Origin: a virus
Taxonomy: Duplodnaviria; Caudoviricetes
Strand: one strand, 5' to 3'
Virus record (IMG/VR): IMGVR_UViG_3300028591_000071
Length of the DNA stretch: 64,000 bases
Both the position numbers and the translations under genes were made by a program. Shown here piece after piece: positions 49,036 to 59,105 of this stretch. Within the stretch, counting starts at the first letter, position 1. Every line of letters starts with the position of its first letter. Below the pieces are notes generated by a model. The model made no database searches, had not been told where the DNA came from, and was given only the letters and a program-made list of their open reading frames with translations.

Positions 49036-50748
49036 TTAGCAATTTAGTACTCTGTTCATGAAATCAATAGTCTTAAGAACTTCGTCTGACTTGTAAACCT
49101 TGTTCTCATTGAGTTCCTTTGTTCCGTTTGCGGTAACAGAGGCGTTGTTCAAATCAACATTGTTTGTATTGGTCTTCTTCAATTCCCTATTGATTGACTC
49201 ATAGAGGGTTTCTGACTGCTTTACCGTCTTTGCCTCGTTTGCGAAGCGGTTGACGATATCAACTTTCTCGGCCTTTGAAGTTGTATTCTCAAGGAAGAGT
49301 TTCGTAATCTTTCCGAGGTTTACATTCGTGATGTATGCCTCATTGAGATGCTTGCGGAGTTCAACGACTGCCTTCTTGAGTTCGCGGTTCTCAGCCTTGA
49401 TGGCCTTGAGTTCTTTACTCTCATTTACACCTTTGTAGCGTGGGTCAGGAGTACCTGTTACCTCAACGCCCTGTGATGCACTTCTCTGTGACCTTGCCTT
49501 CCTACCGTTTGAGTTAGGAATATGGCTTCCAACTGTGGTGTTTTGCTGTACGAATCCACCTACATTTGTTGCTTCGTCAACTTCTTTTTCACATGTGCAT
49601 TCTTTTCCGCACTTGCCGCACTTAGGGCAGCATTTCTCTTCTTCTTCGTCAACTGTCTTGTCGCCGAATGGGTCGCTCTTGTCCTTTGATGAGCCTGCCC
49701 ATGGTTTTTCTGTTCCCGTAGGAACACCTTTGTGCCAAGACTTGCCACTCTTAGAGGGTTCGTTATTAGAAAGTCCTTTAATAGGGTCTTTGTCTTGGTA
49801 GTTGTCCGTGTATCCAAGGTCTACCTCGAATAGGACCTCTTTGCTTTCTTTCATTGGCTTTTTCATTTTCTTGTTTTCAAATGCAAAGTTATTCATCTCC
49901 TCGCCTTCCAATTCATCGGAATCGAAACTGTCGTCGCCGAATTCATCGTCATCGAAATTGTCGAACTCATCTTCAAAAGATGTTTCATCGTCCCATGGCT
50001 GACTTCCATTAGGAATATCATCGATTTCTCCTTCGTCGTCCTCGTCGTCTGGTAAACCAGCAATGTCGAAACCTTCATTTAGTTCGGCTGAAGGGTCTTC
50101 CTCACCACCCATATCTTCCGTTGGCTCATCTCCGCCAAGGTCGATAACATACTCAGTGCCTGCCTGACCATCCTGTAATTGGATAGTATTTCCTTCTTTC
50201 TTGACAACAACTTGGTCGTCGTCCTTGAGAAGTTTATAAATCTTCACTACATTGTCGTAGTCATTCTCACCGGTGAGGTCATATGTATTGTCGCCTACCT
50301 GATAGTTTGAAAATTCATCCCATCCTTCTTCGCCTTCACCATCCTGAGGTTCTGCAGGCTCTTCGCCTTCGATACCCGCATCAACTGGTGCTTCCTCGGC
50401 TCCTGCCTGTGGCTGTTCTGCTCCCGCCTGCATTGCATTAGGGTCCTGTGCTCCCGCCTGTGGCTGAGGTCCTTCTATCTCGTCATTCTCGTCTTCGCTG
50501 ACATCTGATGAAGAACTTTCTTCGGAATCTTTTTCATTCTCATCTTCGGCGTCATTCTTTTCGTCATCATCGACAACCTCGTAGTCCTTTTCTTCCTCGT
50601 CTTCTACGCTCTCTCTGAGTGCGTCCTTAACGGCTTCATTAAGCATACTACCAAGTGTCTTCTTGCTCTCCTCCTTTATAGCGGAAACTATTGAATCCAT
50701 CTCTAAAAGTGCTTGAGCTGCTACGCCTTTATTATTCTTTACGCTCAT
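49036..50748 (-). CDS. Prohead core/scaffold protein
   Basis: Acidic, coiled-coil C-terminus, located between protease and capsid genes. Confidence 0.75.
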   Translation of the reverse strand: MSVKNNKGVAAQALLEMDSIVSAIKEESKKTLGSMLNEAVKDALRESVEDEEEKDYEVVDDDEKNDAEDENEKDSEESSSSDVSEDENDEIEGPQPQAGAQDPNAMQAGAEQPQAGAEEAPVDAGIEGEEPAEPQDGEGEEGWDEFSNYQVGDNTYDLTGENDYDNVVKIYKLLKDDDQVVVKKEGNTIQLQDGQAGTEYVIDLGGDEPTEDMGGEEDPSAELNEGFDIAGLPDDEDDEGEIDDIPNGSQPWDDETSFEDEFDNFDDDEFGDDSFDSDELEGEEMNNFAFENKKMKKPMKESKEVLFEVDLGYTDNYQDKDPIKGLSNNEPSKSGKSWHKGVPTGTEKPWAGSSKDKSDPFGDKTVDEEEEKCCPKCGKCGKECTCEKEVDEATNVGGFVQQNTTVGSHIPNSNGRKARSQRSASQGVEVTGTPDPRYKGVNESKELKAIKAENRELKKAVVELRKHLNEAYITNVNLGKITKLFLENTTSKAEKVDIVNRFANEAKTVKQSETLYESINRELKKTNTNNVDLNNASVTANGTKELNENKVYKSDEVLKTIDFMNRVLNC

Positions 50749-50861
50749 TTTAAAATCAGCAATTATTTCGGTTATTTTTAATAATAAATATCAGTATGTT
50801 TTGAAAAAAATCGTAAATGCCTACTAAAACAGGTGTTTATGGTTTCTATTTAAACCTTTTC

Positions 50862-51584
50862 TTAAAGAATTTGCCCCAAAATCTCATCTGCCCTGATGAA
50901 TCTTTCGTCCAAAACAGGCTTCTCTTCCTCTTTTGACTCAAGATATTGCCCCAATTCTTCCTTTCCGTTAGGGGAGATAAAGGCCCCCGGAGTACTAGGG
51001 TCACTAACCACATCCCAACAGACTATCTCATAATCATCAGCCACATAGAGTATTCCCATCTTGTTCGTAACGGTTCCGAGACCCCTTGATGAAACGCCTA
51101 TTTTATATCCTTGCAGCAAAAGGTTTGCTGTTTGGTCACCCTGACAGGATATGATTCCATGCTTCCTGAAGCCCGGGCTTGTTATGATTTCAAGTTTTCC
51201 TACAAGCGTGTGTCCTTCCCAATGGAGTTCTACAATGTTTATCGCAACGCGTGAAAGGTCTATTACTGATTCTGATGGGTGATTCAATTCTCCCATTGCC
51301 CTTTTCTCCTGAATCTTGGCCGCGTAGTTATTTACTTCCCTCTTAAGGATTTCCTCAGGATAAATTCTTCCGTTTGCGTTCTCAATGCCGTATTTTTGGA
51401 ATACCGCATCTACAACAAATGGGTATGGGCAATGAAACTCGTCTCCCGATGCGTTTTCGGCGTTGATTGCCTCAAACAACTTCTTATTGTTTCCGCATTC
51501 TGAGGAGATGAATCCGTCATGCTCTATAAGCAAGCCGGTTCCAGTCTGCCCCTTCTTTATTTCAACTAAATTTTGTCTGTCCAT
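50862..51584 (-). CDS. gp21: Prohead protease (T4 gp21-like)
   Basis: NANGRIYP, GELNHP, GVSSRGLG, WDVVSDPSTPGA. Confidence 0.95.
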   Translation of the reverse strand: MDRQNLVEIKKGQTGTGLLIEHDGFISSECGNNKKLFEAINAENASGDEFHCPYPFVVDAVFQKYGIENANGRIYPEEILKREVNNYAAKIQEKRAMGELNHPSESVIDLSRVAINIVELHWEGHTLVGKLEIITSPGFRKHGIISCQGDQTANLLLQGYKIGVSSRGLGTVTNKMGILYVADDYEIVCWDVVSDPSTPGAFISPNGKEELGQYLESKEEEKPVLDERFIRADEILGQIL

Positions 51585-51585
51585 A

Positions 51586-52746
51586 TTATAACTCCTCTGG
51601 GTGGATATAATCGTCTGTTATTATTCCCTTGTCTTTTTTCATCTTGTCCATCCTGTCAACGAACTTGTCGTATTCAGAATCATCCTTTGCCTTATTGCAA
51701 ATAAACGCCATGATTCTCCTTCCCTTCTTAGTTCCTGCAAGAACCTCTTTCATAAGGAAGTTGAATTTATCGGTCTCCAATGAAGACAATCTTTTAAATA
51801 AATAGGGTATATAGTCGAAACTTATGTCATTTAATGATTTTCTGACCATATTCCACATATGTCTTCCCAATCTCATGTCCCATGGCTCGGCCTTAAGGAA
51901 ATCAGACTTTCCGAGAACGGATATAGCCCTGTTTCTTTCCTTTGGAAGCCCGTGTGAAATGAATAAATCCATGAAGCCCCTTATCGTCTCGCAAAGCAAG
52001 AACGGGAATATGACCCCCTGCGACTCTATCCTGCATTTTGTTTCCTCATTTCCGAGGCGGAGTTCAAATGTTCCCATCTGCAGGTTGTTATCGTCGGTCA
52101 TTCCCAAATCTTCTTTCGTAAAGAGAAGATAATTGTTAAGGGCTGTTATTTCCGTGTATAGTTTTCTGAGTTCAGGATTTATCTCGTCAATTTGATGAAG
52201 GACGGATTCGTCGATTGAATATGATAAATCAAGGCCGATTCCCATACATACCGCATCCAAGAATCTTCTCTTATAAACCTCGCCCTTTATTGCCATCGCG
52301 TCTCCGAGGTCGTCGAATTCCATGTCTTCATCTCCGTCGGCGGGGTCTAATATGACTGAATCCCTGCTTGTGTCCACCTTGTCGGTAAGTGTTATGGAAA
52401 GGTCGACCGCATCTTCAGGAACCGCAAACAGGTCAATGATATAATTGAAGCATATCTTTTCGAGTTCGCTCCTATATGGCCTTTCAATTTCTTCACATTT
52501 GTGAATAAGACCAGCCAAAGCGGATTCAAGGGAAGTCTCATCAACTCCGTCGATTGAACCTATTTCTTTTAAGGCATCCTTTGCAGAATCGAATTCGGTA
52601 TTTACTACTTTCAATATATAAGGTATGTCATAGATATCCGGAATCGCCGGATTATTACCCAATGACGTGCGATGCTGTAAAACCGCCTGTCTTATATCAT
52701 CAGGTATTGTATCTAATAAAATTGATTCTGTAATCAAACGTTTCAT
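51586..52746 (-). CDS. Conserved-looking head-module protein, function unknown
   Basis: ATG 52746 (MKRLITES) just after late motif at 52753. Confidence 0.75.
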   Translation of the reverse strand: MKRLITESILLDTIPDDIRQAVLQHRTSLGNNPAIPDIYDIPYILKVVNTEFDSAKDALKEIGSIDGVDETSLESALAGLIHKCEEIERPYRSELEKICFNYIIDLFAVPEDAVDLSITLTDKVDTSRDSVILDPADGDEDMEFDDLGDAMAIKGEVYKRRFLDAVCMGIGLDLSYSIDESVLHQIDEINPELRKLYTEITALNNYLLFTKEDLGMTDDNNLQMGTFELRLGNEETKCRIESQGVIFPFLLCETIRGFMDLFISHGLPKERNRAISVLGKSDFLKAEPWDMRLGRHMWNMVRKSLNDISFDYIPYLFKRLSSLETDKFNFLMKEVLAGTKKGRRIMAFICNKAKDDSEYDKFVDRMDKMKKDKGIITDDYIHPEEL

Positions 52747-52804
52747 ACCTATATAAATAGTTAATATATAACAAAAATGGCCCACATTGCTGTGAGCCAT
52801 AACC

Positions 52805-53248
52805 TTATTTAAATGATTCCCGAAGTTGTTTCTTTGTCATAACAGTTCCTTCTACTCTCATTTTCTTTAATCTCGCTTTTTCTATGTCTTTCTTTGAATA
52901 AGACTTTGTTTCGGATATTCCATCACCTGATATTTCAACATCACCGCCAGTTCCTGTTGCTGCCGGGTTCAATTGATTCTGCATCGCCCTTTCAATTGTG
53001 TCACCCTTTCCGACTTCAACGTGCTGTGTCAATTTGGAATCGTCCGACCCGTTTTGTGAATTCGGGTTTGATATGTGTATAACAGGGTCTCCGAGTTTGC
53101 TTGCCTGATTGATGTCTGCCCTGTTCTGTGTAACGGTATTTACCATTCCTGCTATGGTATTTGCCGTTGACTGGAGCCCGACATTCACATTGTTCTCCTC
53201 ATTTAAACAACGGTCTAACTGCTTTGTATTAATTACAATCCTTTTCAT
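52805..53248 (-). CDS. Putative internal head protein
   Basis: MKRIVINTKQLDRCLNEE N-terminus. Confidence 0.75.
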   Translation of the reverse strand: MKRIVINTKQLDRCLNEENNVNVGLQSTANTIAGMVNTVTQNRADINQASKLGDPVIHISNPNSQNGSDDSKLTQHVEVGKGDTIERAMQNQLNPAATGTGGDVEISGDGISETKSYSKKDIEKARLKKMRVEGTVMTKKQLRESFK

Positions 53249-53249
53249 A

Positions 53250-53870
53250 TTATTTGAACTTTGGTGAATTGAATGGAGATTTCTTATTTAGTTTTCCGCC
53301 TTTCTTTTTCTCCACCGCATTATTCTTTTCATCTTCGGGTTGAGTTGTCAATAAGTTTTCGTTAATTGCCCTTAACTGACCTTTTCTGAAAATGACAGTT
53401 TCCATCATTGGTGCTGCATTCGGGTCTCCGCCTTCAGGACCATCCATAGGTGGCATTTCCCCGCCGTCTTCAGGCCCATTTGATTCGTCTCTTGAAATCA
53501 TACTTTCAATGTAACCCCTTGCCGCCTTCTTGTCTTCATCAGAAAGTTGGTTAAAGAGAGACATCGTGCTGTCATCACCTTCTCCGCCCTCAGGCTCGTT
53601 CATAGGCGGCTCGCCTTCCATTCCAGGGCCTCCTCCCATGTTTGGGTCAAGTTCTCCGTTTCCGTCAGGCGGTACATCTCCGCCCATTCCGTCCATAGGC
53701 GCTCCCGCAGGGTCTCCTTCAGGACCATTTGGGCCCATATCTCCCGCAGGAACATCAGAAGCACCGTCCATAGGTGCCGGAGCCGGTGCCCCGCCCATAG
53801 ATGGTGCTTCGTTATTGCTACCGCCTAACTTGAGGACTTTTCTCTCGTCCTCAAAGTTTTCAGTTACTCT
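53250..53870 (-). CDS. Gly/Pro/acidic extension, probably reached by -1 frameshift from the upstream gene
   Basis: The -1 frame opens at the A9 run and runs 206 codons to the stop at 53250. Confidence 0.7.
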   Translation of the reverse strand, partial: RVTENFEDERKVLKLGGSNNEAPSMGGAPAPAPMDGASDVPAGDMGPNGPEGDPAGAPMDGMGGDVPPDGNGELDPNMGGGPGMEGEPPMNEPEGGEGDDSTMSLFNQLSDEDKKAARGYIESMISRDESNGPEDGGEMPPMDGPEGGDPNAAPMMETVIFRKGQLRAINENLLTTQPEDEKNNAVEKKKGGKLNKKSPFNSPKFK

Positions 53871-55651
53871 TTTTTTTTATTCTCGCCCTCGATAGGGATA
53901 CCGGCCTTCAATTGGTACATGATGTCCTTGGTAACTGCATCAACCAACTGATTGAACGGGTCACCGTCACCAATCTTTGAGCCGAATGGCTCTTCGCTGT
54001 GAACGCTCTCGTCGTTCCAGTCTTCACCCCACTGATTCTTGTCTTCACCCGTTGTAGGGAGTTCCATTGGCTTCTTCCTGTAGCCAGGGTGCTTTCCGAA
54101 AACATGGAGTTCATCTTCTGCGAGAATCTTGCTAACAACAGACTCTACGATGCTGTTCATAATCTTCTGCTTTGCTTCCATCATTGGAGTTGGCTCCATC
54201 ATGCTGCCGTCACCGCACTCGTCAAGGTCGTCATCGTCTCCGAGGGTATCCTCGTCTCCGCCGAATTCACCTTCTCTTTCTCCCGAGAGGTCAGCACCGA
54301 ATTCACCTTCGTCGTCTGCGCCAAGGTCTTCGCCACCATCAGCGTCGAGTTCATCTTCGCCGCCGTCTGCGAATGACTCTGCGTCACCTTCGAAATCAGG
54401 TTCCTCACCTGCGATATCTCCGACAGGTTCCTCTTCGCCACCGTCTAATTTTGCACGGAGTGCGTCAAGTTGTGCCTGAAGGTCTTCAATCTGTGCCATA
54501 AGGTCAGCATCGTCGTCGCTTTCAACGCCGTCCTCTGCATCAAAGTCGTCTTCTGCGTCAAGTTCTGAATCAAAATCGGCAGCGCCGCCATCAACATCCT
54601 CAACACCCGCGTCAAGGTCTGTATCTGTTGCAGGGTCTTCGTCGTCTCCGCCGAAATCCTCTACATCAAAGTCATCTCCGCCTTCTGCAGGAACAGCCTC
54701 TGTGTCAACATCGGCCTCTGTATCAACAGGTGCTTCTACATCTTCCTCTCCGTCGAGTTCTTCTTCCTCATTTACATTCTTGTTGAATGGGTCGTTGTTA
54801 TGGTCGGTATCTGCCTCACCAACTCCTGCTGATGAAGGAAGTCCCTCTGAAGCCCAATCGTTCTCTTCCTCGTTGACCTTCTGCTGTCCATCCATTTCCC
54901 AACCGATTTCCTTAGGGTCGCGGCCCTTTCCGATGCCTTCGGTCCCCCAGTTCTCCGTGTTAGGGTGGAGAGGAGCGTCACCGATGTCTCCGGCCTCTTC
55001 CTTGAGCTGGTCTTTTGGATTGCCTTCACCCTGGTCGAATGGAGCAACTTTCTTATCAACACCATTGGTCTTTGAACCCTTGTATTCAGGGTCTGCCTTT
55101 GTTTCCTTTCCGCCTTCGTCACCCTTCTTGCCTGTCTCGGCCTCAGGATTCTTGCCGTCGTACATTACAACGTCCCCGTCGCGTGAAGCGCCAATTTCGC
55201 TTGACTCTTCCATCAACATTGAAACATTGTACATAATCTGACGTTGACGAGCGATTTCGTCGCGCATTGCGTCGGTTGCTTCCTGAAGTACCTGATGTGA
55301 CCTGAAAGGATTAAGTGATTCGATATTCACTTTCTGGTCATGCGCCTCATTGATGGAAGCCATTTTGAGTTCAAACTGCTTGAGGGCGTTTGCGTAACTC
55401 TTATATTCATAGTCGCCCTTGTTGCAGAACCCGCCAAGATACTCATAAGCCTCAGCGATAGTCTCCTTGCCCTTAGGAGCAGACTTAATATAATACTTGC
55501 TATTCTCCTTGATGATACCGTAAGTAACGCCGTCTGCTGCTACTGCGCGATGCTCAAGGGTGTGGGTTTTTAGGTTATTGCTCTCATTTAATTCCTTACC
55601 ATAGGTATAAAGGTCTTTCATTCTTGCGAGAGCTTCGTCAAAACTTGGCAT
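53864..55651 (-). CDS. Acidic scaffold-like head protein
   Basis: 595 aa, D/E/G-rich, many LxE/VxE sites; late motif at 55695. Confidence 0.8.
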   Translation of the reverse strand: MPSFDEALARMKDLYTYGKELNESNNLKTHTLEHRAVAADGVTYGIIKENSKYYIKSAPKGKETIAEAYEYLGGFCNKGDYEYKSYANALKQFELKMASINEAHDQKVNIESLNPFRSHQVLQEATDAMRDEIARQRQIMYNVSMLMEESSEIGASRDGDVVMYDGKNPEAETGKKGDEGGKETKADPEYKGSKTNGVDKKVAPFDQGEGNPKDQLKEEAGDIGDAPLHPNTENWGTEGIGKGRDPKEIGWEMDGQQKVNEEENDWASEGLPSSAGVGEADTDHNNDPFNKNVNEEEELDGEEDVEAPVDTEADVDTEAVPAEGGDDFDVEDFGGDDEDPATDTDLDAGVEDVDGGAADFDSELDAEDDFDAEDGVESDDDADLMAQIEDLQAQLDALRAKLDGGEEEPVGDIAGEEPDFEGDAESFADGGEDELDADGGEDLGADDEGEFGADLSGEREGEFGGDEDTLGDDDDLDECGDGSMMEPTPMMEAKQKIMNSIVESVVSKILAEDELHVFGKHPGYRKKPMELPTTGEDKNQWGEDWNDESVHSEEPFGSKIGDGDPFNQLVDAVTKDIMYQLKAGIPIEGENKKKE

Positions 55652-55718
55652 ATTGTTTCTATTTTTATTTCGAAATTATTTCGTTATTTTTCATATAAAT
55701 ATCGTTCAAAGTCAAAAA

Positions 55719-58700
55719 CTACGATAAACTATTCAATTTATCATATGTATCTGACATCAAAGTCGTAATTTTTTCTATATATCCTAATCTTCGGAGGCAC
55801 TTAAAAATAAGGTTTCCGTTTGTAATTTCTATCTCTTTATCGTTCAGACTGCTTTTCCTTTCCTTTTTTATCTCGTCGAAAAGTTTGTCAGCATCTTCAG
55901 ACACTTTCCTTATTTTATAATCGCTATCCGCTCCCTTATAAATAGTAAGAAGTTTGTCAATTTTATCAATGTATTCTGCCACCTTATTTTTAATAAGTGA
56001 CTTGTTTATCTTTGACTTAGATAACTTTTCCCTTTCAGGTTCCTTAATCCATTTGTCCTTGTCGAGAGAATAGACACCGGTTGACGCATGCTTCTCTTTC
56101 GTGTCCTGTACATATAGTTCAACTGGGAAGCCGAATATCTTAAGGTCTTTATGCTCGTCGTTCCAAAGTTTCTTCTGTGAATAGAAATAGTTATCAACGA
56201 AATCGGTTCTCTTATCAACCTTTGAATAATCCATAAGGACATGAAGGTCAATGTCCGAAAATTTCTTATTCCAATTGTAATTGGCGAGAGAGCCCGTCAT
56301 TATGATATCGTCAGGCTTGACCCAATCAACCCCAAGAAACTCGATGAAATCGTCTGCTATATCTAATAATTTCATTCTAATCCTCGAATCGAGTCGCCCG
56401 TCTTTCCAGAATTTGGGGTTGAGTTGCGTCTTTATGTTAAATGATGATAGGTCAATATCGTCAGGGTCTGTTGCTTCAGAAAGATTTTCTATTCCGTCAG
56501 GGTTACGCCTCTGCATGAGTTGAATGAGCCATTTTGAGTATTTACCCTCCTGAAGGATATCCTTTGAATCCTTCTTTGCATATTCAGTCCATTTCCTGAA
56601 ATAGACATTCCCCTTGAGGTATGCTTCAGATTCAATCTCTTCAAGACGCTCGTTATCCTTCACATCATCTTCTGAACTGAAATTAAGGTCAACGCCGTCA
56701 AGGTTCTGTGAGTGGTGAATCATCTCGTGCGCGTATGTGCGTAATATATCTTTAGGGTGTCTGTCCTTACAGAATATTACAATCGTTTTTGATTCAGGTT
56801 CATAATACCCTGTCTTTATGAAAAGTCCGTCCTGTTCATCCCAATTAAGTCTAATCTTCGGATATGGATATACATTGAGGCCGTCGTTCTTCATGAATTC
56901 GGCAATGGACCTCATCATAGGCGTATAATCATCTGCGGAATGCATTTCAATTGATTCATTTACCGCATGGAAATATTCATTGTTTCCGCCTTCTCCGCCA
57001 ATCTTATATTCATCTGCTTCAGGTTCTGCGCCTTCTGCCATTTCATGTTGAACAGAGCCAAACGGAACCTTCCTACCAAATTCATCATATTCCCAAGAGC
57101 CGTCTTTTCCCGGAATAAACTTGAACACATCTTCAAACTTAATTCCAAGCAGTTTTTCCAACTGGCCCTTTGTGAGATAGTCTCCGTCAAATTCGTTTGG
57201 CATGTTGTATCTTGAATATACGACGAAATTGTTTTTAAAAACGATGACAACAAATCTGCTGAGGCCATAGTAGTCGTATGGGAATTTCCAAGAGCCGGGT
57301 TTGTTTGTCCAAGACAAGTCGCTGTTTATAAGACCCATTTCGCCCATGTCATCCTCTTCTCCTGCGATATCGCATAGTTCTCCGAATTGGTTTGCATATT
57401 CCTGATTTTCCATCGCCTCGTCGTGCTTGTTGATGAGTTCTTCGTTCTCAACGAGGTAAACAGTCCCGTCTCCAATCAATCCATACCAAAGGTCGTCTGC
57501 ATATGAAATACACCATTCGCCATCGCAACGGGCATTCATTTCATCATAACTATCAATTCTTGTAACGGTGAACCCGTCTTTGAGCCTGACCATTTTTTCC
57601 GATGTGGAAAATTCAGTTCCTTCGAAATCGGGGACAAAAAACTTCTCTTTTAGTTCCTCAAAGGTTTTTCCTCCGAGATTAGGGTCGTTTATTCCTTGTC
57701 TTTCATAATAATTGCTGTTAGCAATCTTATATAATATCTTATTAAGTACGCTGTATTCATCCCTTGGCAGTCCCTCCTCAAAAAGAATCCTCATAACCCC
57801 AAGCATGAATCTTCCTCCGCAAACTCTTGCATAAGGAATAGCCTCATAGATTTCCATTACCTTATTTCTAATGTCTTGGAAGTCAGTGAGTCCGAATTTT
57901 TCCTTAATATATTTGTTTACCTTTCGGTCGTTTGAGTTTTCGTCAATCACTTCTTCTTCCATCATTCCACCACCGGTAACTGCATCCATGATTCCGGCAT
58001 TTACCTTGTTATGAACTTGGTCTTGTGCGGTTGGAACTTTTTCTTCCAGGAGATGCATCTGCATGAGTTGCTGATTATTTCTTGGCTTAAATGTTTGCAG
58101 ATAGTTTATGCCTGTCAATTCCTGTATCTGCTCTGCGTTCCACATGTTGTTATGATTTTCTCCGCCGAATTCGTGGTTCCATCTCGTAGTAACATTATCA
58201 GGAAGTCCGTCCGCCCCAACTATTAGGGCAATAAGTGAAAGCCCATATTCGTCAAGCGGGCAATTTTCGCCCTGTTCCCTAGGGACATTCTCGAATCCGT
58301 CACGCATCAAGATATACAACTTTCCTCCGTTACTGAGATATTGCGAATATTCCCATAATCCATTCTGTCCGCACACACACCAATCAGTATATTGGTCAAG
58401 CATATTAAGTATATTCCTTCCATTCGCATCAGGAGTAACCATTCCCTGATGATTAACGGTATCGTTAATTGGAACAACCTTATAATGATGGTTGCCTCCC
58501 CCATTGTATTGCGCTAATCGTTCTTTCGCTCCATTTACATACGCATCCATTTTCCCGGCAAATTTTTGCATAATCTCGCCGTAAGACATACCATTAAGGT
58601 CTTTATCCAATTCTTCTCCGTCAAGCATAAACTCAGGCATCTTGTCAATCATCTTCATCAACTTTGAGAACTTGATGATTCCGCCACCATTCATGTTTTC

Positions 58701-59105
58701 ACCGAAAGAATAAAATCCGAGGTCTTGGCAAAGAATCCTCGCTATTCCGACAATATATTTATCAGGGCCGTTTCCGTGTGATATTCCGACCTGCCCCTTA
58801 AGATTAAGGACAAGGAAGTCTATGAAACGGTTCATTCCGTGTTGGTTATTCTTAACCGAGACCCACGCACCTTGTTCCTGCCCTTCCGGGTTGCACATAT
58901 CATGTAACCAATTGGGCACATCTGAAAGCGGGGTCATTAAATATGGCTTACAATATGTTCTATTGCAATTATCGGCAATGATTTTCATCACCTTCTTCCT
59001 GTCAGTTCCCGTCTCCTCGTTCAACATCATGGACCATCTGCCCGTTTTACTGGTAGATTTTTCCAATTCGTTCCGCTGATTTTCCGTTATGTAAATGGTT
59101 TTCAT
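55719..59105 (-). CDS. Multidomain polyprotein: two related WC-motif domains, a zincin (HExxH) domain and a pol-beta nucleotidyltransferase
   Basis: TDWCVC and GEWCISY domains; AHEMIHH; TGSLANYNW...SDIDLHV...VELYVQD. Confidence 0.8.
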   Translation of the reverse strand: MKTIYITENQRNELEKSTSKTGRWSMMLNEETGTDRKKVMKIIADNCNRTYCKPYLMTPLSDVPNWLHDMCNPEGQEQGAWVSVKNNQHGMNRFIDFLVLNLKGQVGISHGNGPDKYIVGIARILCQDLGFYSFGENMNGGGIIKFSKLMKMIDKMPEFMLDGEELDKDLNGMSYGEIMQKFAGKMDAYVNGAKERLAQYNGGGNHHYKVVPINDTVNHQGMVTPDANGRNILNMLDQYTDWCVCGQNGLWEYSQYLSNGGKLYILMRDGFENVPREQGENCPLDEYGLSLIALIVGADGLPDNVTTRWNHEFGGENHNNMWNAEQIQELTGINYLQTFKPRNNQQLMQMHLLEEKVPTAQDQVHNKVNAGIMDAVTGGGMMEEEVIDENSNDRKVNKYIKEKFGLTDFQDIRNKVMEIYEAIPYARVCGGRFMLGVMRILFEEGLPRDEYSVLNKILYKIANSNYYERQGINDPNLGGKTFEELKEKFFVPDFEGTEFSTSEKMVRLKDGFTVTRIDSYDEMNARCDGEWCISYADDLWYGLIGDGTVYLVENEELINKHDEAMENQEYANQFGELCDIAGEEDDMGEMGLINSDLSWTNKPGSWKFPYDYYGLSRFVVIVFKNNFVVYSRYNMPNEFDGDYLTKGQLEKLLGIKFEDVFKFIPGKDGSWEYDEFGRKVPFGSVQHEMAEGAEPEADEYKIGGEGGNNEYFHAVNESIEMHSADDYTPMMRSIAEFMKNDGLNVYPYPKIRLNWDEQDGLFIKTGYYEPESKTIVIFCKDRHPKDILRTYAHEMIHHSQNLDGVDLNFSSEDDVKDNERLEEIESEAYLKGNVYFRKWTEYAKKDSKDILQEGKYSKWLIQLMQRRNPDGIENLSEATDPDDIDLSSFNIKTQLNPKFWKDGRLDSRIRMKLLDIADDFIEFLGVDWVKPDDIIMTGSLANYNWNKKFSDIDLHVLMDYSKVDKRTDFVDNYFYSQKKLWNDEHKDLKIFGFPVELYVQDTKEKHASTGVYSLDKDKWIKEPEREKLSKSKINKSLIKNKVAEYIDKIDKLLTIYKGADSDYKIRKVSEDADKLFDEIKKERKSSLNDKEIEITNGNLIFKCLRRLGYIEKITTLMSDTYDKLNSLS

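Noticed and set aside
53250-55300. Tandem DNA repeats and long plus-strand ORFs in GC-richer acidic regions (also 27300-27950 and 49500-50600)
   Set aside because: Explained by low-complexity Gly/Asp/Glu/Pro coding and codon bias on the minus strand.
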